Source: an uncultured Acidobacteriota bacterium (GTDB lineage Bacteria; Acidobacteriota; Thermoanaerobaculia; Multivoradales; UBA5704). From it: 64,000 nucleotides of DNA. The position numbers and the translations under genes are program-made. Positions 35,430 to 46,500 of the stretch are shown here, in pieces. The notes under the pieces are model-generated. The model was not told the origin of the DNA, did not search any database, and worked only from the letters and a program-made list of their open reading frames with translations. The stretch is taken from positions 1,248,001-1,312,000 of the forward strand of contig CAVYRF010000002.1 in the NCBI GenBank assembly GCA_963770895.1. The letters run 5' to 3'. Every line of letters starts with the position of its first letter. Within the stretch, counting starts at the first letter, position 1.

Positions 35430-36860
35430 TCATTCCAGGTATCCGACCGATCGCAGCCGGCGCGCGGCCTCGTCGGCGCGCCGCGCGGCCTCCCCCGCCT
35501 GGGGGACTTCGGTCTTAGCGAGCCAGCTGTCCAGGGCCGCGCGCAGGCGCTGGAAATCGCGCCGCCGTTCATCCAGCACGTTGCGTGTTTCGCCCGGATC
35601 GGCGGCCAGATCGTACAGCGCGAAGCGGCGCGTCGCCAGGTCGAGCACCAGCTTGTAACGGCCATCCGCGACGCTGCGCAAGGTTCCCTGCGCGGCGTGC
35701 TGCAACCCCGGCGGCAGCTCGCGGCCCTCGAGCGCCGGCCGCAGGCTGCGGCCTTCGAAACGCGCCGCCGGCCCGCCGCCGCTGCCGCCGCTGCCACCGC
35801 CGCCGCCGAGCAGGTCGAGCACGGTGGGCACGATGTCCACGTTTTCGACCGCGGCATCGACGACGCGCCCCTGCGCGCCGGGCACGCGCAAGAGCAGCGG
35901 CGTGCGGATCGTGGTGTCGAACAGGTTGCGGCAATGCTTGATGTCGCCGTGCTCCAGGAACTCCTCGCCATGATCGGCGGCGAACACCAGGATCGCGTCG
36001 TCCAGCAGGCCGCTCGACCGCAGGCGCGCCAGCAGCCGCGCCAGCTGCGCGTCGAAAAAAGCGATCTTGTCGTCGTACAGGTCCTTGAGGTAGGCGAGGT
36101 CGGCGGCGGTCACGCCCGGATTGGGCGCCCCCTTGTACAGCCAGGCGCCGATCGGATTGGGGTCGCCGTTGCGCACGAAGTCCTTGTCCGTGTGCCCGCC
36201 GGCGAAGCGGCGGCGCCACGCCGCCGGCGGCACGTACGGACCGTGCGGATCCAGGTAGTGCAGGTACAGAAACAGCGGGCGGGGATCGGCGTCGACGTGG
36301 GGCAGCGCCTGGTCGGTCACACAGTCGGCGCCCTTCCAGATGCAGTCTTCCTGAAAGCTGTCGAAGCCGCGATCGTAGCCGCCGCCCGGATTGAAGCGGC
36401 TCGGATTGCGCCGCACCACCGGGCTGGCGGACACCGCCGCGGTGTGGAAGCCGCGCCGGCGCAGGATCTCCGCCAGCCCGGCAACACCCGGCGGCAATCC
36501 CATCGCGCCGCCCGGCTGGCCGAGAAACGCCGACGCCGAACGCGACGTCAGCAGCGAGTTGACCGACGGGAACGTGCAGGAAGCCTGGCTGCGCGCGTCC
36601 TTGAACAGCGCCGACTCGCCCGCCAGCGCGGTCAGCGTGGGGGTGGTGTCGCGGCCATAGCCGTACAGCGGCAGGTGATCGGCACGCAGCGTATCGACCA
36701 GGATGAAGACGACGTTGTGCGCCGCGGGCGACGGCAGGCGCTCGCCGCCGCGCTGGCAGCCCGCCGCGGCGAGCGCGCCCAGCAGCGCGAGCGGCCCAAA
36801 CAGCGCCAACCGCCACGGCGCCGCCGCGCCCACGACGCCGCGGTGGCCGCCGGCGGACAT
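35430..36860 (-). CDS. sulfatase-like (alkaline phosphatase superfamily) lipoprotein
   Basis: lipobox AAAGC, VDTLRADHL..YGY.RDTTP, LHYLDPHGPY, ADHGEEF.EHG. Confidence 0.85.
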   Translation of the reverse strand: MSAGGHRGVVGAAAPWRLALFGPLALLGALAAAGCQRGGERLPSPAAHNVVFILVDTLRADHLPLYGYGRDTTPTLTALAGESALFKDARSQASCTFPSVNSLLTSRSASAFLGQPGGAMGLPPGVAGLAEILRRRGFHTAAVSASPVVRRNPSRFNPGGGYDRGFDSFQEDCIWKGADCVTDQALPHVDADPRPLFLYLHYLDPHGPYVPPAAWRRRFAGGHTDKDFVRNGDPNPIGAWLYKGAPNPGVTAADLAYLKDLYDDKIAFFDAQLARLLARLRSSGLLDDAILVFAADHGEEFLEHGDIKHCRNLFDTTIRTPLLLRVPGAQGRVVDAAVENVDIVPTVLDLLGGGGGSGGSGGGPAARFEGRSLRPALEGRELPPGLQHAAQGTLRSVADGRYKLVLDLATRRFALYDLAADPGETRNVLDERRRDFQRLRAALDSWLAKTEVPQAGEAARRADEAARRLRSVGYLE

Positions 36861-36864
36861 GGCC

Positions 36865-37503
36865 TCAGTCGGCGAGGTGCAGCAGGAACTCGTCCCGGAT
36901 CAGCGCCTGGAAGCTGGCCAGCCGTTCGGGATCGAGGTCGCCCTTGCACGCTTCGACGATGATGACGTGCGGCAGGTCGGGGTTGTCGTCGTAGGTTTCG
37001 TGCCGTTCGATGCCGCGAAAGTAGGGCAGCTCGCTTTCACCGTAGCGGCAGCTGCGCACCTGGGTGAAGCCGCAGGCGGCAAGGGTTTCGCCCAGCATCT
37101 CGCGGTTCCACAAAAACTGGTGGCGCCAGCCGTGGAAGGCGCGGTTCAGGCGCAGCGCGTTGTTGCGCCTGGCTTCGCCCTGCGCCTCCAGGTTGTAATG
37201 CGTCAGCCATACCCAATCCAGGTTGGGCGTCGACAGCCGGATCCAGCCGCCGGGCGCCAGCACCCGCCACGATTCGCGCAGGAAGGCGACGGCGGAAGCG
37301 AGCGGCAGGTGCTCCAGGAAGTGCTCGGCAAAGACCGCTTCGGCGTTCGCGAACTGCAGGCCGCGGGTGACGTCGGCCACCACGTCGACGCCGGGAATCG
37401 CTTGCGAATCGATATTGACCCAGCCTTCGAGCCGCTTGTTGCCGCAGCCGATGTGCAGGCGCGGCGCGGGTCTTTGGGGCGAGGGTGATGGCGGCGGCGG
37501 CAT
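36865..37503 (-). CDS. class I SAM-dependent methyltransferase domain protein
   Basis: LHIGCG, GWVNID, EHFLEHL, RVLAPGG.IRLSTP. Confidence 0.85.
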   Translation of the reverse strand: MPPPPSPSPQRPAPRLHIGCGNKRLEGWVNIDSQAIPGVDVVADVTRGLQFANAEAVFAEHFLEHLPLASAVAFLRESWRVLAPGGWIRLSTPNLDWVWLTHYNLEAQGEARRNNALRLNRAFHGWRHQFLWNREMLGETLAACGFTQVRSCRYGESELPYFRGIERHETYDDNPDLPHVIIVEACKGDLDPERLASFQALIRDEFLLHLAD

Positions 37504-37681
37504 GGGAGCTTGGCGAACGGCCGCGGCGGTGATGCCGTGCGGCGGTGCGGCGCGCAGCGCGCCGGAAGAGCGACAGGCCGTTCCGGCGGCGGCTGAGTTT
37601 AGCACGCGGCAGCAGGCGCCAGCGCCCCGGGCGCCCCGCGTGTCGTAGCGCGCGGGGCGCCCGGCGCCTGACCGCCGGCGG

Positions 37682-38818
37682 TCAGGACGCGGCGGGGGCG
37701 GCCGCCGCGGCGTTCGCGGACGTTGCCACCGCGACGCCGGTCAGCGCCGGGTAGTCGGTATAGCCCTTGTCGCCGCCGCCGTACAGCGTGGCGGGGTCCG
37801 GGGCGTTGAGCGGCGCGCCGGCGGCGAAACGCGCCGGCAGATCCGGGTTGGCCAGGAACTTGATGGCAAACGCCACCGCGTCGCCCTCGCCCTGGCGCAG
37901 CGCCGCCGCGGCGGCTTGCAGATCGAAGCCGCCGTTGACGATCAGCGGACCGCGGAAGGCCCGCCGGATCGCCGGCGTCAGCAGCACGACGCCATCGGGG
38001 GCCGGCCGCGTCTCGGTGACGTGCAGGTAGGCAAGGCCGAAATCGTTGAGCGCCCTGGCGGCGTGGGTGAAGGTTTCCTCGGGATCGGCGTCGCTCATGC
38101 TGTTGAACGTGCCGGTGGGCGACAGGCGCACGCCGACGCGGCCGGCGCCCCAGACGTCGCTCACCGCCGCGGTGACCTCCAGCAGGAAGCGCGTGCGGTT
38201 GCCGACCGAACCGCCGTATCCGTCGGTGCGCCGGTTGGTGCCGGTGCGCAGGAACTGATCGATCAGGTAGCCGTTGGCGCCGTGGATTTCGACGCCGTCG
38301 AAACCGGCCTGGCGGGCATGCCTGGCGCCGTCGGCGAATTGGCGCACGATGCCGGGGATCTCGCCGATGTCCAGCGCCCGCGGCGCCACGAACGGCTTGA
38401 ACCCCGCCGCGGTCATCGCGTTGCCCTCGGCGGCGATCGCCGACGGCGCCACCGGCAGCGCCCCGCCGGGCTGCAGATCGGGGTGCGAGATGCGTCCCAC
38501 GTGCCACAGCTGCAGAAAGATGCGGCCGCCGAGGTCGTGCACGGCGCGGGTCACCGTGCGCCAGCCCTCGACCTGGGCTTCGTCATGGATGCCGGGCGTG
38601 CCCGGATAGCCCACTCCTTGCGGTGACACCTGCGTCGCCTCGCTGATGATCAGGCCCGCCGAGGCGCGCTGCGCATAGTAGGTGGCGTTGAGGGCCGTCG
38701 GCACGTTGCCGGCGCCGGCGCGGCTGCGGGTCATCGGCGCCATCAGCAGGCGGTTCGGCAATTCCAATTCGCCGATGCGGACCGGCGAGAACAGTGAAAG
38801 GTTCGGATCCTCTTGCAT
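37682..38818 (-). CDS. old yellow enzyme / alkene reductase (NemA-like)
   Basis: MAPMTRSRA, YYAQRASAGLII, QLWHVGRISH, GFDGVEIHGANGYL, GYTDYP. Confidence 0.94.
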   Translation of the reverse strand: MQEDPNLSLFSPVRIGELELPNRLLMAPMTRSRAGAGNVPTALNATYYAQRASAGLIISEATQVSPQGVGYPGTPGIHDEAQVEGWRTVTRAVHDLGGRIFLQLWHVGRISHPDLQPGGALPVAPSAIAAEGNAMTAAGFKPFVAPRALDIGEIPGIVRQFADGARHARQAGFDGVEIHGANGYLIDQFLRTGTNRRTDGYGGSVGNRTRFLLEVTAAVSDVWGAGRVGVRLSPTGTFNSMSDADPEETFTHAARALNDFGLAYLHVTETRPAPDGVVLLTPAIRRAFRGPLIVNGGFDLQAAAAALRQGEGDAVAFAIKFLANPDLPARFAAGAPLNAPDPATLYGGGDKGYTDYPALTGVAVATSANAAAAAPAAS

Positions 38819-38875
38819 GGCTTCGTTCCTTGTCTCCCAGGATTTGCCTGGGCTTGTGGCCAGATCGTGGCCAAA

Positions 38876-38900
38876 CAAATGTACCCCGGTGAACTATTTG
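38876..38900. promoter_or_regulatory. probable MarR operator upstream of the alkene reductase
   Basis: GTGAACTAT half-site identical to the one at the marR start; imperfect inverted repeat CAAAT...ATTTG. Confidence 0.55.
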
Positions 38901-38919
38901 CGCCCAAAAAAAGCGCCCT

Positions 38920-39357
38920 TCAGGCGCTGCGCGCCACCACCTCGCCCAGGATTCTGCGCAGCGCTTCGACGTCGCTGCCGCTCAAACCGCTGGTCAGCGC
39001 CGCCTCCACCTCGCCGATCAGGCGCTCCCCCGCTTCCTGCAACCGGCGCCCTTCGGGGGTGATTTCAGCCAGCACCCCCCGCCGGTCCACCGGGTCGTCC
39101 TTGCGGGTCACCAAGCCCTCCGCTTCCAGCCGATCGACCAGCTTGGTGATGTTGGACTTGACGCAAGACCGGCGTTGCGCCAGGTCCCCCAGCGACATGC
39201 TGCCGCCCGCCCACGTCAGCCCCCCCAGCACCGCCAGCTTGGCCGGCGACAGCCCGATCTCCTCAAGCGACCGTTCCAGCGTCCGCTCCACCCGTTCGGC
39301 GGTGCGCAGCACCAGCATCACCACCTCGGGCCGCTCGGGACAGTGCACTTCGTTCAC
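38920..39357 (-). CDS. MarR family transcriptional regulator
   Basis: LSPAKLAVL, DLA, SNITKLVDRLE..GLV.R..DP.DRR. Confidence 0.9.
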   Translation of the reverse strand: MNEVHCPERPEVVMLVLRTAERVERTLERSLEEIGLSPAKLAVLGGLTWAGGSMSLGDLAQRRSCVKSNITKLVDRLEAEGLVTRKDDPVDRRGVLAEITPEGRRLQEAGERLIGEVEAALTSGLSGSDVEALRRILGEVVARSA

Positions 39358-39369
39358 AAGTGAACTATA
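39352..39369 (-). promoter_or_regulatory. leaderless promoter (-10 TATAGT) overlapped by palindrome GTTCAC-AA-GTGAAC
   Basis: TATAGT 6 nt before GTG start; palindrome at 39352-39365 spans the start codon. Confidence 0.65.
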
Positions 39370-39611
39370 CCCCAGGTCAACCGACCTCGCAAGGCATCAG
39401 GACCGATACCAGAACCCGCGGCGCCCGCCCCGGTTATCCCCGGCTGTGTCGGGGCGCCGGCCCTGCCGGGGTGGTATCGTTACGATCGTGCCGGCGGCAG
39501 GGCAGGCTGCGACCGGCGCTCCAATGGCCTGGTTGCGTCGCGGTCTTCTCATGGCGAACCCGGGGGGACCGCGCGAACGTCGGGCAGACATCACTTGAGG
39601 AGGAACACATC

Positions 39612-40436
39612 ATGAGACACATCTCCAGGTTCGTGGCCTGCACGGCGGCAGCGTCGCTCTTCGGTCTTGCTTTCGGCGCGCGGCACCTCGCGGCGCAGGG
39701 CACCTGTTACACCACCTCGATCGCCTGCGGCCAGACGATCACCGCCACCACCGGCGCCTCCAGCTGTCACGACGAGACCAGCGGCCTGGTGTACGACGGC
39801 TACAACTTCAGCGGCACCGACAACCAGAAGGTCCTGGTCACCGTCTCCTCGACCCAGAACGTCGCCGCCGCGGCCGGCCTGGCCGCGGGCCAATCGGCGG
39901 TGTTCCTCGGCAAGAACTACGTGCCCGCGGGCGTGGCCATCGGCCAGGAGGCCCCGGGCCAGTTCAGCACCACGCTCACCAACACCGGCCCGTGGTCGAT
40001 CGCCGCGGCGGCGCTCGCCATCAACCTCGCTCCGACCTCGGTGCCGGCAACCTACACGCTGTCGCTGTCCTGCTCGGGGCTCAACGGCTGCACCACCGGG
40101 GCCAACGAAGCCTGCCTGGAAAATGGGCGGTTCAAGGTGACCGCCACCTACGCGGACACCGAAGGGCAGGCGGGCAACGCCCAGACCGTGCCGCTGACGG
40201 ACGACACCGCCTACCTGTGGTTTTTTGAATCCTCGAACGTGGAATCGGTGGTCAAGGTGCTCAACGGCTGCGGCGTGAACAACCACTATTGGGTGTTCGC
40301 CGGCGGCCTCACCAACGTCAACGTCAAGCTCACCGTGACCGACACGAAGACCAACAAGTCGGTCACCTACACCAACCCGCAAAATACGGAATTCCAGCCG
40401 ATCCAGGACACTTCCGCCTTCGCCACCTGTCCCTAG
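39612..40436 (+). CDS. secreted protein: signal peptide, PPC-like beta domain, Cys-bounded C-terminal domain
   Basis: GAGGAGG RBS, hydrophobic signal, C-terminal CL..GRF.V...WFF..NVE.VVKVLNGC..N.HYWVF..GLTNV..TVTDT...DTSAFATCP. Confidence 0.8.
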   Translation: MRHISRFVACTAAASLFGLAFGARHLAAQGTCYTTSIACGQTITATTGASSCHDETSGLVYDGYNFSGTDNQKVLVTVSSTQNVAAAAGLAAGQSAVFLGKNYVPAGVAIGQEAPGQFSTTLTNTGPWSIAAAALAINLAPTSVPATYTLSLSCSGLNGCTTGANEACLENGRFKVTATYADTEGQAGNAQTVPLTDDTAYLWFFESSNVESVVKVLNGCGVNNHYWVFAGGLTNVNVKLTVTDTKTNKSVTYTNPQNTEFQPIQDTSAFATCP

Positions 40437-40533
40437 CTGGTAGCCCGTCCTGCCTGAGCGCCAGGCGGCACCCGGCCGCCTGGCGCCTCGTGGCGCGGCA
40501 CCAGGTCCGGGTGTGCACTGAGTGGTCCGCACG

Positions 40534-43500
40534 ATGAAGGCACGCGACACCCAGGCGAATCTCCCCGGCCGCGCCGGTAGCGGACCGGTCGAGCATGCGC
40601 GCCGCGACATTGCCGTGGTCGGCATGGCTGGACGTTTCCCCGGCGCGGCCGACGTCCAGGAGCTGTGGCGCAACCTGATGGCGGGAGTGGAGGCGGTCCA
40701 GCCGCTCTCCCCGGCCGATCTGGAGCGCGCCGGCGTGGCGCCCGACCTGCTGTCGTCGGCCACCTACGTGCGCGCGGCGGCGCAGCTGGCAGGCTTGGAG
40801 CTGTTCGATGCCGCTTTCTTCGGCCTGACGCCGCGCGAAGCGGAAGCGACGGACCCGCAGCACCGCCTGCTGCTGGAGTGCACATGGGAAGCCCTGGAAA
40901 ACGCCGGCTACGCCCCCTCGTTGTGGCAGGGGCGCATCGGTCTCTTCGCCGGCACGTCGACCAACCGCTACTTTGAGCACGTCGAGGCGAGCGCCGCCGG
41001 CGCCGCGATGGGCGGCGTCGCGCTGTTCGGGCTCGACAAGGATTTTCTCACCACCCGCGTCTCCTATCGCCTGGGGCTGGAGGGGCCGAGCGTCACCGTG
41101 CAAACCGCCTGCTCGACCTCGCTGGTGGCGGTCCACCTGGCCTGCCAGTCGCTGCTCGCCGGCGACTGCGACCTGGCGCTGGCCGGCGGCGTCGCGCTGC
41201 GCAACCTGCGCGGCGAAGGCTACGTCTTCGAGCCCGGCGGCATCCTGTCGCCGGACGGGCACTGCCGCGCCTTCGACGCCGCTGCCGCCGGGACGGTGTC
41301 GGGCGACGGCATCGGCCTGGTGGCGCTCAGACGGCTCGACGACGCGCTGGCGGACGGCGACGCCATCGCCGCGGTGATCAAGGGTTCTGCGATCAACAAC
41401 GACGGCGCCGCCAAGGTCGGCTATACGGCGCCCGGGCTGCACGGCCAGGTGCGCGTCCTGCGCGATGCGCTGGCTGCCGCCGGCGTCGATCCCGCAACCG
41501 TTTCGTATGTCGAAGCGCACGGCACAGGCACACCGCTCGGCGATCCCATCGAGATGGCGGCGCTGGCCGAGGCCTACGGGCCGGCGGGCGACGGCGGCGA
41601 CGGTCGCGCGGGGGAGGAAGAAGAGGGCGGGGATGCCGGCGACGGTCGCCGCGGGGGTACGGGCAAGATCGCGGTGGGGTCGGTCAAGACCAACCTGGGG
41701 CACCTGGACGCCGCCGCGGGCATCGTCGGACTGATCAAGGTGGTGCTGGCGCTGCGCCACGCGGCGATCCCGCCCAGCCTCCACTTTACCCGCCTCAATC
41801 CGCGCATCCCCCAGGATGCCGCGGCCCGCTTCACCGTCGCCGCGACTGCCATCCAGCCCTGGGAAGGCGGCGGCGGCCGGCCGCGGCGCGCCGGCATCAG
41901 CTCGTTCGGCATCGGCGGCACCAATGCGCACGCGATCCTGGAGGAGGCGCCGCCGGCGGCCACGGGGGACGGCGGTCTCGCCGCCTGGCAGCTGCTGCAG
42001 GTCTCGGCGCGGACCGAATCGGCGCTGGTGCAGGCGGCCGCCAACCTGGCCGGCCACCTGGAAAACCACCCCGAGATCGGCCCCGACGAGCTGGCCGACA
42101 TCGCCTTCACGCTGCGCGTCGGCCGCCGCGCATTCGAGCATCGCCGCGCCGTGGTCTGCCGCGACGCCGCCGCGGCGCGGGCGGCGTTGCGCGGCGAGCC
42201 CGGCGGCGTGCCTGACCAGGCCGGCCGGCCTGGTGTGGCCGCCGGCTGGACGATGAGCGCCCGCGCCACCGGCCAGGCGGGCGTGGCGTTTTTGCTGCCC
42301 GGCCAGGGGGCGCAGCGGGCGGGGATGGCGGCGGGGCTCTACCGCACGCGGCCGGCATTTCGCGCCGAGCTGGACCGCGCGGCGGACCTGCTCGCCCCGC
42401 ACCTGGACGTCGACCTGCGCCAGCTGCTCTTGCCGCAACCGCAAGAGCCGGAGCAGGCGGCGCAGCTGCTGGCGCGCACGCGGTATACGCAGCCGGCGTT
42501 GTTCGCCGTCGAATACGCCCTGGCCCGGCTGTGGATCGGTTGGGGGGTGCAGCCGGCCGCCTTCCTGGGCCACAGCATCGGTGAGTGGGTGGCGGCCTGC
42601 CTGGCAGGCGTTTTCAGCCTGGAAGACGCCCTGGCCCTGGTGGCGCTGCGCGGGCGGCTGATCGACGAGCTGCCCCAGGGCGCGATGCTCGCCGTGCCGA
42701 TCGCGGCCGCCGAGCTCGAGCCGCTGCTCGGGGCCGACCTGGCGCTGGCGGCGGAGAACGCCGCCGACCGGTGCGTGGCGTCGGGACCGGCCGCGGCGAT
42801 CGCCGACCTGGAGCGGCGCCTGGCGGCGCACGGCATCGCCGGCCAGCGCCTGCGCACCTCGCATGCGTTCCATTCGCCCGCCCTGGAGCCGGCGGCAGCG
42901 CCGCTGGCGCGGGCGGTGAGCGCGGTGGCGCGCCGGCAACCCGCCATCCCGTTCGTGTCCAACCTGACCGGCACCTGGATCCTGGCCGACGAAGCCACCG
43001 ACCCGGCCTACTGGGGGCGCCAGATGCTCGCGCCGGTGCGCTTCGCCGCCGGGCTGCGCACCCTGGCCGCCAGCCTCCCCGACAACGTCCTGCTGGAGGT
43101 CGGGCCGGGCGAATCGCTCAGCCGCCTGGCGCGACGCGAGCTGCGGGAGCACGCCCAGCCGGTCGTCTCGACTCTTGCCGAGCAGCAGGGCGCGGACGAC
43201 GAGGAGCACCTGCTGCGCGCCGCCGCCCGGCTCTGGCTCGCCGGCGCGCCGCTCGATCCCCACGCCCTGACCGCCCCAGAGCGCCGGCGGCGGGTGGCGC
43301 TGCCGAGCTATCCGTTCGAGCGCCAACGCTACTGGCTGCCGCGTCCCAAACACGACCGGTGGGCGCCAGGGCCGGCGGCGGCCGCGCCCGCCCCTGCCGG
43401 CAGCCAACCGCCCCGGCAGGCGGACACGGCCTGGCAGGAGGGGGCCTGGCAGGGGAACGCCCCACCGGCGGCGGCGCGGCACGTGGACACTGCACCAGGA

Positions 43501-46500
43501 GCATCGCGGCAACCCGCAGCCTGGCCTGAAGCAGCACGGCATCCGGAAGTCGCGCCTGGAGCGACGCGGGATCCTGGCGCCGCGCCGATGGCGCGGCTTG
43601 ACCCCGCCGACTGGTTCTACCTGCCGTCGTGGCGGCGCTCCCTGCCGCCTCCTGCCGCCGGCAGCGCGGAGCTGCCGGCAGGCGCCTACCTGCTGTTCGG
43701 CGAGCGCGTCGCAGGACCCGGCGGCCCGTTCACCGCTGCCGTCGCGGCGCGCCTGCGCGCCGCCGGACGCCTGGTCACAGTGGCCTTCCCGGGCCCGGCG
43801 TTGGAACGCCTGGATGACGACACCTTTACGCTGCGGCCGGCCGGCGTCGAGGACCATGCAGCCCTGTGGGCGGCGCTCGCGGCGGCGGGGAGGAGCTGCG
43901 GCACGGTGCTCCACCTGTGGAACGCCACCGAGAGCGGCGAGCCGGCCGGAAGTCCCGGCGCGACGCTCGCCGCGAATCTGGATGAGGCGCTGGAGCGGGG
44001 GTTTTACAGCCTGATGGCGCTGGGCCAGGCGCTGGGCAGGGCGGCGAGCCGCGAACCGCTGGCGCTATGGGTGGTGTCGCGCCGCCTGCACGACGTGGCG
44101 GGAGGCGAACCGGTGGCGCCGGAGCGGGCGCCCCTGCTCGGCCCCTGCCGGGTGCTGCCGCTGGAGCTGCCGCACGTCGCCTGCCGCAGCCTCGACCTGC
44201 CACCGCGGACGACCGGGCTGTCTGGCGGCGACGGCCACGACCCCGGCGATCCCGGCGATGCCGGCGACGCCTGGAGCCAGGCGGACGCCGAGCTGCTGCT
44301 GGCCGAGGTGGCGGCGAGGCCGCACGACCAGGTGGTCGCCTACCGCGGCCCACAACGCTGGACGCAGGACTTCGAGCCGGTGCGGCTCGGCACCGCTGCC
44401 GGCGTCGCGCCGCCGCTGCGCCCGCGGGGCGTCTACCTGCTCACCGGCGGCCTGGGCGGCATCGGGCAGGCGCTGGCGCGCTGGCTGGCGCGGGCAGGGG
44501 CCGCCGGGCTGGTGCTTCTCGGCCGCTCCCAGCCGCCGCTGCACGGGCGCCACCTGCACCGCCTGCGCGAGCTGGAGGAAGAGCTGGAAGCGGCCGGCGC
44601 CCAGCTGCTGCTGGCGACCGCCGACGTCACCGACCGCGCCGCCCTGACCCGCGTGCGCGACCTGGTGCACGCCCGCTTCGGCGCTCTCCACGGCGTCGTC
44701 CACGCGGCCGGGGTGCCGGGCGGCGGCATCGTGCAGCTGCGGCGGCGGGACCAGGCGGCGGCGGTCCTGGCGCCCAAGGTCCAGGGAACGCTGGCCCTGG
44801 CCGAGGTCTTTCCGCCCGCAGAGCTGGACTTCTTCATTCTGTGCTCATCGCTCAACGCCGTGCTGGGCGCCGTCGGACAGGCCGACTACTGCGCCGCCAA
44901 CGCCTTTGTCGACGCCTTTGCCGCGGCGCGCTCGTTCCGTCGCCCGGCGCCGGGAGGCCCGGCCGGACGGGTGGTGTCGATCGCCTGGGACCGCTGGGAC
45001 CAGGCTGGGATGGCCGCCGAGGCGCTGTCGCCGTTCGAGCGCCGCTCGCCGGAGCTGCCGCCGCTGCCAGGCGAGGCGGTGACGCATCCGCTGCTCGACC
45101 GCCGGCTGCCGCAAGAGGCGGGCCGCCAGACCTTCGTCACCCGCCTGAGCGCCGCGCGCCATTGGATGCTGGACGAGCACCGCTTCTCCGGCACGCCGGT
45201 GCTGCCGGGGACCGCGTTGCTGGAGCTGGTACGCGCAGCCGCGATGTTCGCCGGCGCCCCTGCCGGCAACACCGGCAATAGCGGCAATAGCGGCAGCAGC
45301 GGCGGTATCGGCGGTATCGGCGACGGCGACAACGGCAGCACCAGCCCTCTGGCAGCCGGCGGCGCGGCCGGCATCGAGATCCGCAGCCTGAGCTTCGTGG
45401 CGCCGCTGGTTGTGGCCGACGCCGAGAGCCGCGACGTCTTCACCAGCCTCAGCCCCGCAGGCGACGGATGGCAGGTCCGTATCGCCAGCCGCGAGCCGGG
45501 AGCCGGCTGGCGAGAACACGCCGTGGGCGAGGTGGCGCCGCTCGCCGCGCCGCTGCCGGCCGCCGGCGAGACGGTGCCGGCGCTGGCCGATCTGCTCGCC
45601 GCGCTGCCCCTGGAGCCCTTTGCCGCCGGCACGCTGCCGGCGCCGCCACCGCCGGAGGCGCCGCCGGCGCACGCCGCGGACACGGCGAACGGCTCCGCGG
45701 AACATGCCGCCGGGGCCGGCCTCGGCCTGACCTTCGGCCCGCATTGGCAGGGGATCGCCGGCGCGGTGTCCATGGACGGCGATCAGCTGCTGGCGCGATT
45801 CGAGCTGCCGGCACAGTTTGCCGGCGAGCTGGACGCGCTGGCGCTGCACCCGGCGCTGCTCGACCTGGCCACAGGGTTCGTGGCCGCCGCCGCGGGCGGC
45901 GCGGCGGAACCCTACCTGCCCTTTTCGTACGCCGGCCTGCGCCAGGCGCGACCGCTGCCCGCCACCGTCTACAGCCACGCGCGCCGCCTGGCGGACGCGG
46001 CGCCGGCGTTCACCGGCGCCGCAAAGCCGGGCGCCCCCGCCACACGGAGCTACGCGGTGACCCTGTACGACGTCACAGGCCAGGTGCTGCTCACCATCGA
46101 CCAATACGTCTTCCGTCGCGTCGAACCCGGCGCCCCTCTCGCCGCACCGGTCGATCCGATCGATCGAGCCGGTGCAGCCCATCGAGCCGATCCAGCCGAT
46201 CGAGCCGATCGCCCCGGTACAACCGATAAGCCCGCTCAAGCCGATCAAGCTGATGCAGCCGATCGAACCGACCGAGCCGATCCGGCCGCCCGCACCGGCC
46301 TGAGCAACGCCGAAGGCGTGGACGTCTTCGCCCGCGTCTTGTCCCACATGCCCCTGCCGCAGGTGCTGGTGTCGACACGCGACCTGCGCGCCCGCGCCGC
46401 CGCCGCGGCGGCCGACACCGGCGAGCGCCTGCTGGCCCAGCTGGCCGAGCTCGGCCAGCTGGAGGCATCGGCAAACCCGGCGCCCACCGAGCGCCATCCT

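Noticed and set aside
46150-46290. CRISPR-like or regularly spaced array
   Set aside because: Degenerate in-frame 9-nt repeats without unique spacers; no cas genes in the window.
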